DNA of 64,000 nucleotides from Longimicrobiales bacterium (GTDB taxonomy: Bacteria > Gemmatimonadota > Gemmatimonadetes > Longimicrobiales > Gaopeijiaceae). Below, piece after piece: positions 9,828 to 18,265 of the stretch. The notes under the pieces are model-generated. The model did not search any database. It saw only the letters and a list, made by a program, of their open reading frames with translations, and was not told where the DNA came from. A program made the position numbers and the translations under genes. The DNA is taken from contig OZ241869.1 in the NCBI GenBank assembly GCA_965202805.1, positions 3,232,001-3,296,000 of the forward strand, in the 5' to 3' direction. Position 1 is the first letter of the stretch. Every line of letters starts with the position of its first letter.

Positions 9828-11821
9828 TGTACGTCACTACCTTCTACTCCTACAAGGGCGGCGTGGGTCGGACGCTCGCATTGGTCAACGTGGCCTACGA
9901 GCTCGCGGCATCCGGCCAGCGGGTCTTGGTGGTCGACTTCGACCTCGAGGCTCCGGCTATCCACTCCGGCACCTGGCGAGCGTCCGGGGAGGGACCGCGG
10001 CACGAAGAAGGCCGAGCGCACTCCAGGCATCCGGGCATCGTGGAGTACGTCGGGCGCTTCATCGACACGCTGCGCGGTCCGCGAGCAGAGGATCACATCG
10101 TCGACGCGACCCCGACGGGCTGTGCGGGCAAGATCGCGCTGATGCCGTCGGGTACGTTGAATGACGACTACGGAAGGCGACTGGGCGCGATCGACTGGAA
10201 TGAGTTGTACCTGAAGTACGACGGGTACGTGATGTTCGAGGATCTCCGCGAACAATGGCGGCTGCTCGGCTACGATTACGTGCTCCTGGACTCGCGCACC
10301 GGCGTCACTGATGTGGGCGGAATCTGCACGCGTCATCTTCCCGATGCGGTCGTCTTGATGTTCCGTCCGGACGACCAGAGCCTCCACGGTACGGCGGGCG
10401 TTGCCGGCGCCATTCGGAACGAACGTCCCGCTCCGGGGCGTGGCCGTGTGAGGCTTCACTTCGTGATGGCGGCGATTCCCGATGCCGACGACGAGGATGG
10501 GATCCTCGAAGATCTCCAAAGCAGGTTTCAGCGGCGATTGAACGTGCCGTCCGGCGAGCTCATCGAAATCAGAAACTATCAGAGCATGGACTTGCTCCGG
10601 CAGCCCATCTACACCGACAAGCGGCCGCGAACCCAATTGGCGAGATCATACCAGGGACTGACGAAACGCATTCGATCCGAGAATATTGATGATCGCGAGG
10701 GAGTCCTCGAGTGTATGCGGCGCATATACAGGGATATGGAGGGCACTCGGATCATGTTCGGATCCGACGCGGTTGCGGGATACTATTTTGAGGACGACCC
10801 GTTTGATTCTCATGCGGAAATGCGTGACCGGCTCGCCAAAATCGAGGAGCGGTACCCCGAGGACCCAGAGGTGCTTTTTGCATTGGCTTGCACCTACGGC
10901 AAGGCGCGCCAGAAGGGCCATGTCAAGAGGCTGTTGGATCGACGCTCCACCGCCACGGCGCTATCGCCCGACCACCTGATCAGGCTGGCAAGGGTGTTGG
11001 GTCCGCACACCTATGATGGAGCGGTGCGAGCCCTTGAGCTGTTCTTTCGAGAACAACATGCAGGCGTTCCCGGCGATGACGCGTTCCCGCTGGTGGAATC
11101 CGGCGTTCTCCTCCTGGAGAAGTTGGACAAGGACCGTGCCGGGTTCGTTGGCGGCAGTCCGATCGTGTCGCAGCTCTCGGCGTCTCAACAAGCGACGGTG
11201 GCGAGCCACTTGAAGCTGTCCCGGGGCGAACGAGCAATCGCGGTCGAACTCCTTGCGAACGCGCTTCAAGGCGCCGAAGGTTCCGGGCACGAAAAGAGCA
11301 ATTGGGAACGGGAACTGGCCTTCGCGCGAATCGCGGTGGGGAAGTTCGGGGAAGCTGCGGACTACTACCGATCCATCTCGACGGAGGACCCACCCTCCTT
11401 TCTTCCACAGGCGGCGGCCTTCTGCCTTGGCATGGCGACGTGGGGGGACACCGGAACGGCAAACCCGGATGACTTCCTGCGCGTGCTGACAGCTTATCGT
11501 GAGACGGACTTGGCAGGGTGGCAGGAAGGCCCCAGTGGTGAACTCGAGCGCAACATACTTGGTTGCATCGGCAATTGGCAGGCGATGTCGTTGGTCGAAT
11601 GGCTTGGAGGACGGTCCGATCACGCGCGCAGGCACCTGCGCGAAGCCGAAACGGAAGCCCAACACCTCCTGCAACGCCCTCTCGTTCCGTTTAGCTGCTG
11701 GTCCTACACGTGTGTTTCCGCGGAGACCTTTCTCGAGCACTGCCACGAGATCGGCCGTCTCTTCGATGGCTGCGACGTCAAGCCCGCGTTCATGAGGGAC
11801 GCGGAAAAAGGCGTAGCGTAG
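9827..11821 (+). CDS. KGGVGR-motif ParA/MinD-like ATPase with a helical (TPR-like) C-terminal region
   Basis: MYVTTFYSYKGGVGRT, VVDFDLEAP and LLDSRTG motifs; TPR-like helices (LAFARIAVGKFGEAADYYR); TGATG overlap with the antitoxin. Confidence 0.82.
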   Translation: MYVTTFYSYKGGVGRTLALVNVAYELAASGQRVLVVDFDLEAPAIHSGTWRASGEGPRHEEGRAHSRHPGIVEYVGRFIDTLRGPRAEDHIVDATPTGCAGKIALMPSGTLNDDYGRRLGAIDWNELYLKYDGYVMFEDLREQWRLLGYDYVLLDSRTGVTDVGGICTRHLPDAVVLMFRPDDQSLHGTAGVAGAIRNERPAPGRGRVRLHFVMAAIPDADDEDGILEDLQSRFQRRLNVPSGELIEIRNYQSMDLLRQPIYTDKRPRTQLARSYQGLTKRIRSENIDDREGVLECMRRIYRDMEGTRIMFGSDAVAGYYFEDDPFDSHAEMRDRLAKIEERYPEDPEVLFALACTYGKARQKGHVKRLLDRRSTATALSPDHLIRLARVLGPHTYDGAVRALELFFREQHAGVPGDDAFPLVESGVLLLEKLDKDRAGFVGGSPIVSQLSASQQATVASHLKLSRGERAIAVELLANALQGAEGSGHEKSNWERELAFARIAVGKFGEAADYYRSISTEDPPSFLPQAAAFCLGMATWGDTGTANPDDFLRVLTAYRETDLAGWQEGPSGELERNILGCIGNWQAMSLVEWLGGRSDHARRHLREAETEAQHLLQRPLVPFSCWSYTCVSAETFLEHCHEIGRLFDGCDVKPAFMRDAEKGVA

Positions 11822-11986
11822 GGCCCCGCGGATCCGAGCGCCGGGGCGCACCAGGCATGTGACCGCGTCCCGGCCCGGCAGCGCCGCGCTCCCCCGGTTG
11901 CCCGTCGCGGAGGCGGCAACGTAACATGGCCCTGTTCCGCGCTTCGGCAGGCTGACGAAGTGCGCATCGCTCCCGTCAGCACAAGG

Positions 11987-13765
11987 ATGGCATCCGTGAG
12001 TTCAATCGTACTCCTATTGATCGGATTGGCCGCGTTCGCCACCGGATACCGGGTCTATTCCCGGTACGTCGCGCAGAGGATCTACCGGCTCGACCCGGAC
12101 TTCCGAACACCGGCGCACGAGTTCGAGGACGGGGTGGACTTTCTGCCCACCAACCGCAACGTCCTCTTCGGCCACCACTTCACCTCGGTGGCGGGGGCGG
12201 CGCCCATCGTTGGGCCGGCGATCGCGGTCATCTGGGGGTGGTTGCCCGCGTTCCTGTGGGTGGTGCTGGGGACGATCTTCGCGGGCGCGGTGCACGACTT
12301 CGGCACTCTCTGGATCTCGACCCGGCACAAGGCCAACTCCATCGGCACGCTCGCCGGCAAGATCGTGGGGGACCGCGGCCGGGTGCTCTTCATGCTCGTG
12401 ATCTTCTTCCTGCTGCTGCTGGTGAACGCGGTCTTCGCGGTCGTCATCTCCAACCTGTTCATCGGCAACCCGGGCGCGGTGCTCCCGGTCTGGGGCAGCC
12501 TGGTGGTCGCGATCACGGTGGGCTTCCTGATCTACCGCTCGGGCGCCGGGCTGCTGTGGCCGTCTCTGGGCGCGCTGGCGGTGCTCTACTTCCTGATCTG
12601 GGTGGGCCAGTCCGTTCCGCTCCAGCTTCCCGACTTCTTCGGCTTCGACCCGACGCCCGCTCAGATCGCGGCGGCCGGAGGCGACCAGGCGGCGGCAGCG
12701 GCGGCGGCTACCACCGACGGCGTGCGCGCCGGGTGGGTCATCGTCCTCTTCGTGTACGCCTTCTTCGCCAGTGTGCTGCCAGTCTGGCTCCTGCTCCAGC
12801 CGCGCGACTACGTCAACAGCCACCAGCTCTTCGTGGCGCTCGGCATCATCGGGCTCGGGATCATCTTCACCAACGCCCCAGTGGTGGCGCCCGCCGTCAA
12901 TACGAATCTGCCACCCGATACGCCCAACTGGTTCCCGCTCCTCTTTGTTACCATCGCCTGCGGCGCGATCAGCGGTTTCCACGGACTGGTGTCGTCCGGG
13001 ACGTCGTCCAAACAGCTCGACAAGGAGACGGACGCTCGCTACGTGGGCTACGGGGGTGCGGTCGGCGAGGGCTCACTGGCTCTCACCTCGATTCTGGCGA
13101 CCACCGCCGGTTTCGCGGTCGTGGTGGGGGTGGACGGCTGGCACGACCACTACGGATCGTTTGCTTCGGCGTCGGCGGGCGCAACCCAGGCGTTCGTCCA
13201 GGGCGTGGGAGTCCTGGCGCAGGGGATCGGCATCCCCCAGGGCCTCGCGGTCACCTTCGCCGCCGTGGTGGTCATCAGCTTTGCCGCCACCACCATGGAC
13301 ACCGGGGTGCGTCTGCAGCGCTACATCATCTCCGAACTGGGGGCCGAGTACAAGATCAAGCTGGCCCAGAACCGCTGGATCGCGACCACGCTCGCCGTAT
13401 CCAGTTGCGCCCTGCTGGCGCTGGGGGTGGACCGGGGCGCCGGGGGCATGCGTCTCTGGCCGCTGTTCGGCACCACGAACCAGCTCACCGGGGCCATGAG
13501 CCTGCTGGTGATCAGCCTCTTCCTCTACAGCCTCAAGCGGAGGATCTGGGTGACGGTGATGCCGCTGGCCTTCCTGCTGGTGATGACGACCTGGGCCATG
13601 GTGATCAACATGATCGGCTACTGGACCAGCGAGACCTGGCTCCTGTTCGGGGTTGGAGGCGCGATCTTCGTGCTGGTGCTCTGGCTGGTGTTCGAGGCGC
13701 TGGCGGCGATCCGGCTGGCGATGTCCGCGAGCGGGCCCGGGGCTCCGGCGCGTCACGGCCCATGA
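11987..13765 (+). CDS. cstA: Carbon starvation protein A family transporter
   Basis: TPAHEFEDGVDF, FGHHFTSVAGAAPIVGP, PVWLLLQPRDY, TIACGAISGFH, TTMDTGVRLQRY and WPLFGTTNQL motifs. Confidence 0.95.
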   Translation: MASVSSIVLLLIGLAAFATGYRVYSRYVAQRIYRLDPDFRTPAHEFEDGVDFLPTNRNVLFGHHFTSVAGAAPIVGPAIAVIWGWLPAFLWVVLGTIFAGAVHDFGTLWISTRHKANSIGTLAGKIVGDRGRVLFMLVIFFLLLLVNAVFAVVISNLFIGNPGAVLPVWGSLVVAITVGFLIYRSGAGLLWPSLGALAVLYFLIWVGQSVPLQLPDFFGFDPTPAQIAAAGGDQAAAAAAATTDGVRAGWVIVLFVYAFFASVLPVWLLLQPRDYVNSHQLFVALGIIGLGIIFTNAPVVAPAVNTNLPPDTPNWFPLLFVTIACGAISGFHGLVSSGTSSKQLDKETDARYVGYGGAVGEGSLALTSILATTAGFAVVVGVDGWHDHYGSFASASAGATQAFVQGVGVLAQGIGIPQGLAVTFAAVVVISFAATTMDTGVRLQRYIISELGAEYKIKLAQNRWIATTLAVSSCALLALGVDRGAGGMRLWPLFGTTNQLTGAMSLLVISLFLYSLKRRIWVTVMPLAFLLVMTTWAMVINMIGYWTSETWLLFGVGGAIFVLVLWLVFEALAAIRLAMSASGPGAPARHGP

Positions 13766-16700
13766 GCGCGCTCCGGCCGGAGACGCTCCTCGCGCGGTTC
13801 GGGGCGGGCCGGGGAGGCAGGAAGAAGGCAGGGTTGCAGCCGCGCGCGTGCCTTGCGGCTGCGTTGTCGATCTGGTTCGTGGTGCCTGCTTCCGGCGTGT
13901 CCCAGGCGGCTGCGGGCGCCTCCGCTCCGGGTGACCTGACCACGCTCTTCGAGATCGGCGGCCTCGTGCTCGACACCAACGGCGACGAGGTGCCGGACTT
14001 CGTCAACGCCTCGCTGGTGATGGGTGAGACTCCCACGCCGGCCGAGACGCGTGCGGCCGCCGAGATCGCCGCCCGCCTGGGATTCGAGACCATGGCGCTG
14101 GATCTGCCGCTGGCTCGCGGCACGGAGCCGGAAGGGGTGTTGGTCGTGGTCGGCCGGAGCGGGCTGGCCGCGTCGGGCCTGGCGTCACCGGGGGTCGACC
14201 CGGCCTCGCTGGACGCGGACGAAGGGGCGGTGGTGGTGCGCGAGGCGGATGGACGGCGCTGGGTGGTGGTGGTGGGTGGGGGGGACGACGGGCTGGTGGC
14301 GGCTGCCCGCATGTTCGCGGGGGTATTGCCGCACACGCACACCCTGTCCGCGCCGTTGCTGGGCCGGGCGGGCGACGACGTGCGGGCGGCGCTGGAGGGG
14401 TCGGGGGTGGAGGTGGAGGAGGTACGGCTCTGGCAGGTCCGCGCGCGCGCCGGATCGGACGGGGTCAACCGCCTGATCGCGGACCTGCAGGTGGCGGCGG
14501 CCGACGTTGACACCGCGGCCGGGGTGCTGCGCGCGCTGGCGGCCGGAGAGGAGGTCCCGGCCGCGACCGGGCAGGAAGAGGCCGCCGGGCAGGACGCGCC
14601 GGCGGCAGCTGCCCCCGCCGGGCAGGACGCACCGGCCGCGGCGGGACCCGCCGGCGAGGCTGACCCCGGGGCGGCCTCGGCCGCACAGGACGACCCGCAG
14701 GCGGCCGATGAACCCGAGGGGACGGACGACCCCTTCGCCTACCCCGGCCTGGGTTCGGTCGAGGTGCGGCTGGCCTCCGGTCCGGTGGTGCGCATCCCGG
14801 GTCGGGCCGCCCCGGAGGCGCCCGGTCCGGTCGCGGGTCGACCGGGCAGCGGTGCGAAGCGGTCGCTCGACCTGTCCAACCTGTACACCCCCGACGGCCT
14901 GCTGGGCGACTCCGACAGCAACGAGATCCCCGACCGCATCGACGCCCTGATCGCCCCGGGCGCGGCCGCGGTAGAGGCGCTGCCCGACCTGGCCGCCCGC
15001 CTCGGGCTGGAGACGACCGGGCTGGTGGTGCCGCTGGTGGAACCCGCCGCCGGCCTGGAGCGCCCCGCCTCCCGTCCCACCCTCGTGCTGGCCGGCACCG
15101 ACAACCCGCTCACCGGGCAGCTGGCCGACAGCGGCCGCGTCGACCTGGCCGCCCTCCAGCCCGGGGAGGGGCTCATCCAGCTTGTGCCCGACGCCTTCGG
15201 CAGCAAACCCTCGCTGGTCGTGACCGGCGGCGACGCCGCGGGAGCCCGCAGCGCCCTCGACCACCTCGCCCTCACCCTCCCCCACCTGGACGCCCGAGGC
15301 GACGACCGCCCCACCCTCGACCATGTCGAGCAGGCCCTCTGGAGCGCCCTCTCCGGCCGCTCCCCGGCGGGCCAGGCGGCCATCGGCCTCTACAAGCTCG
15401 ACCGCATCCTGGCGGATCTCGCCGGCCGCGACCTGGCCGCCGCCGAAATCCTCGTTTCGGTCGAAAAACCCGACCCCGGCCTCGCCGGCCTCATCCGCGA
15501 GCGGGCAGCCGCCCTGGGCGCCGGCGAGCTGGAGGTGGTCGTCGACAACCGCGACGTGCAGAACGCCGCGCCCATCTTCTCCGAATCCTTCACGCTGCCC
15601 TCCGAGGTCGACCGCTTCCGCGCCATCGTCCAGGAAGACGTCCTCCCCGCGGTCGCGTCCGGCGAGCCCGTCACCGTGCACGCCCGCCTGAGCGAGCCGC
15701 CCGGGGTACGCCGCGCGCTGGAGGCGGAAGTCCTCGCCGCCCTCCTCGAGCGCGGCGCCGACCCCGAGGCCACCGTCGTCGAAGTGCGCTCCGCCTTCAA
15801 GCAGGGCTACTACTGGCTCTACGAGGGCGTGCGCCCCCGGCTGGAGGGCGCCGACATCGGCGAGATCGTCATCCGCTTCCGCCGCAACGACCCGCCCGAG
15901 GAGTGGCCCCAACAGGCCATCCACACCCCCGTGCGCTGGCTGCACGAGATCTTCCCCATCGACGAGGTGCTGGCGCGCGACCTGGACATCGATCTCGAGC
16001 GCATCCGCTTCGAGCAGGTGCTGGAGGGCCCCACCTACGAGGTTGAAGTGACGGACCCGGGCGGCGACGTCATCCTCACCGGGACCTTCGACCCCAAGTG
16101 GGTGATGCGCCCCTACGTCGACCGCTTCCGCGACTACGAGCACGTCCGCGTCACCACCGGCTGGATCGAGGCGCGCGCGGCCGGGCGCACCCTCGCCGAC
16201 GAGCGCATCGTCACCGACCCGGAGGCGTTCTGGGACTCCTACCAGGGCACCACCCTGCCGGCCATCTACGACTACGTGATGGAGCGCCACAAGGGCATTC
16301 CGCGGGGCGGCAACGCGGACGCGCCCTTCTTCGGCGAGCTGGTCGTCAACGTTCAGCTAAGCGAGCCCGACTACCGCCTCGAGATCGACAACGAGATCCA
16401 CTCCACGATGGACGCGCTGCACGAGGAGGTCTACTTCGGCACCATCGAGTTCTTCGACCTGATCGGGCGCAACTCGCGCGGGCAGGGGCTCACCTTCCCG
16501 GGGCGCGTCATTCCCGTGATGCTGCCGAAGTCCGACGGCGCGCCCGGAACCGTCGACATCTCGTTCTCCGGCTTCGCCACCTCCCGCCCGGCGGTGGTCG
16601 TCACCTGGCGCGAGCGCTCCGGCGAGACCGGCGAGACGCGCCTGGACATCCCGCGCATCACCATGGAGCGCCCCTCGGCCCGGCGGGCGCACGTGCGCGA

Positions 16701-18195
16701 CGGCACTCCCGGCCTCTCCCACCTCGCCCTGCGCGTGCGCGTCGACACCGACGCCGACATGCGCGACAGCCTGCTCGCCTACGCCCCGCCCCTCCAGGTC
16801 GACGAGCGCATGCTCTCCGCCGAACAGGTGGAGGCCGCCATCGGCCACATCGAGGCCATGCGCGCGCGCGGCATGTACCCCTCGGCGCTGGCGTTCCCCG
16901 GGCTGGGATCCCTGGAGGTGCACGCCGAGTGGACGCACGAGGAGGACCCGGAGTCCCGCCGCACCGTCCATCTCGCGGCCAACGGCACGCCGGAACCCCT
17001 CCCCGACTGGCGCACCCTCCTCCCCGACGGCTGGAGCTACTCGGGCGAGCCCCTGGTGCAGTGGGAAACCCCCATGCCGCCGCCGGAGGGTCACCGCATC
17101 ATCGCCCAGATGGGGGACGCCTTCGAGGAGGCGCACGTCTACAAGGCGGGCGAGTCCTACCTGGGCAGGACCATCTGGGCGATGGACCTCATGCCGCCCA
17201 TCCGGGCCTCGCACTGGTCGCGCGCCAAGGCCACCACCCACAAGCCGACCGTCATCTATTCCGCGCGCCAGCACGCCAACGAAGTGTCGTCCACGAGCCA
17301 TGTGCTGCGCCACGCCGAGCTGCTCCTCACCGACCCCGAGCAGCGCCGCAGGCTGGACCGCGTGAACGTCATCATCCATCCCTTCACCAACCCCGACGGC
17401 GCCCGGCTGGCCTACGACCTGTACCGCTCCACCCCCGACTACATCCTGCACGCCGGCTACCTGGGCTCGCTCGGCATCGACGTCACTTCGGGCTCGGGCG
17501 ACGACCATCCCATCTACCCGGAGTCGCAGGTGCGGGGCAGGCTCTGGGAGGCGTGGCTCCCGGACATCTTCCTGAACCCGCACGGCTACCCCTCGCACCA
17601 GATGGTGCAGCTCTTCTCCGAATACATGGGGCTCGTGCGCCGCGGGCGCGTCACCGAACGCAACTGGGGATTCAACAAGGGCTGGTTCATGCCCGGATTC
17701 GGCTACGTCGACAGCCCGGAGTTTCCCCGGCACCGCGACGCCGCCTTCCAGCTGCGCGACTACATCACGCGGGGCATCAACTCGAACCGCGACGTCTTCG
17801 AGATGAACCAGCGCACCTACGCCCGCTACGAGCGCTACGGCGCCGACTTCGACACCGACGCCGAGGTCTTCCGCCTGCCCATGACCGACAGCGTGCTCAT
17901 CCAGATGCCCCTGAAGGGATCTTCAGGAGGCGGGGGAGGCGGATACAACCCGCGGGTCACGATCTGGAGCGGCGTCACCGAAGCTCCCGACGAGACCGCG
18001 CACGGCCCCTGGATGGAGCTGGTGGCGAAGGCGGGACTCTCGTGGGACCAGGCCGTCCTCGACTACCTGTACGAAGGCGACCACAAGGTCGAACGCTCCG
18101 GGTCCACCTTCTTCGGCGGGGTCACGCTGCGCATGAACCGCCCGCGCCCGCCCGAAGAGGACGAAGAGGAGGAGCCGCCGCCGGTGAGTGAATGA
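13762..18195 (+). CDS. Very large secreted M14-family zinc carboxypeptidase-domain protein
   Basis: ATGA overlap with cstA; signal-like N-terminus; C-terminal M14 motifs ARQHANE, NPDG and LNPHGY; duplicated N-terminal modules. Confidence 0.8.
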   Translation: MSALRPETLLARFGAGRGGRKKAGLQPRACLAAALSIWFVVPASGVSQAAAGASAPGDLTTLFEIGGLVLDTNGDEVPDFVNASLVMGETPTPAETRAAAEIAARLGFETMALDLPLARGTEPEGVLVVVGRSGLAASGLASPGVDPASLDADEGAVVVREADGRRWVVVVGGGDDGLVAAARMFAGVLPHTHTLSAPLLGRAGDDVRAALEGSGVEVEEVRLWQVRARAGSDGVNRLIADLQVAAADVDTAAGVLRALAAGEEVPAATGQEEAAGQDAPAAAAPAGQDAPAAAGPAGEADPGAASAAQDDPQAADEPEGTDDPFAYPGLGSVEVRLASGPVVRIPGRAAPEAPGPVAGRPGSGAKRSLDLSNLYTPDGLLGDSDSNEIPDRIDALIAPGAAAVEALPDLAARLGLETTGLVVPLVEPAAGLERPASRPTLVLAGTDNPLTGQLADSGRVDLAALQPGEGLIQLVPDAFGSKPSLVVTGGDAAGARSALDHLALTLPHLDARGDDRPTLDHVEQALWSALSGRSPAGQAAIGLYKLDRILADLAGRDLAAAEILVSVEKPDPGLAGLIRERAAALGAGELEVVVDNRDVQNAAPIFSESFTLPSEVDRFRAIVQEDVLPAVASGEPVTVHARLSEPPGVRRALEAEVLAALLERGADPEATVVEVRSAFKQGYYWLYEGVRPRLEGADIGEIVIRFRRNDPPEEWPQQAIHTPVRWLHEIFPIDEVLARDLDIDLERIRFEQVLEGPTYEVEVTDPGGDVILTGTFDPKWVMRPYVDRFRDYEHVRVTTGWIEARAAGRTLADERIVTDPEAFWDSYQGTTLPAIYDYVMERHKGIPRGGNADAPFFGELVVNVQLSEPDYRLEIDNEIHSTMDALHEEVYFGTIEFFDLIGRNSRGQGLTFPGRVIPVMLPKSDGAPGTVDISFSGFATSRPAVVVTWRERSGETGETRLDIPRITMERPSARRAHVRDGTPGLSHLALRVRVDTDADMRDSLLAYAPPLQVDERMLSAEQVEAAIGHIEAMRARGMYPSALAFPGLGSLEVHAEWTHEEDPESRRTVHLAANGTPEPLPDWRTLLPDGWSYSGEPLVQWETPMPPPEGHRIIAQMGDAFEEAHVYKAGESYLGRTIWAMDLMPPIRASHWSRAKATTHKPTVIYSARQHANEVSSTSHVLRHAELLLTDPEQRRRLDRVNVIIHPFTNPDGARLAYDLYRSTPDYILHAGYLGSLGIDVTSGSGDDHPIYPESQVRGRLWEAWLPDIFLNPHGYPSHQMVQLFSEYMGLVRRGRVTERNWGFNKGWFMPGFGYVDSPEFPRHRDAAFQLRDYITRGINSNRDVFEMNQRTYARYERYGADFDTDAEVFRLPMTDSVLIQMPLKGSSGGGGGGYNPRVTIWSGVTEAPDETAHGPWMELVAKAGLSWDQAVLDYLYEGDHKVERSGSTFFGGVTLRMNRPRPPEEDEEEEPPPVSE

Positions 18196-18265
18196 GGCGC
18201 GGAAGCCGACGGGCGCCCAGGACCAGTTGGCATCCTGACTTTCTCTCGCTCTTGAAGAGCGCCTG

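Noticed and set aside
12238..13761. 1985-aa ORF suggesting a giant fusion
   Set aside because: The first 508 codons are an off-frame Arg/Gly-rich shadow of cstA; the real start is the ATGA overlap at 13762.
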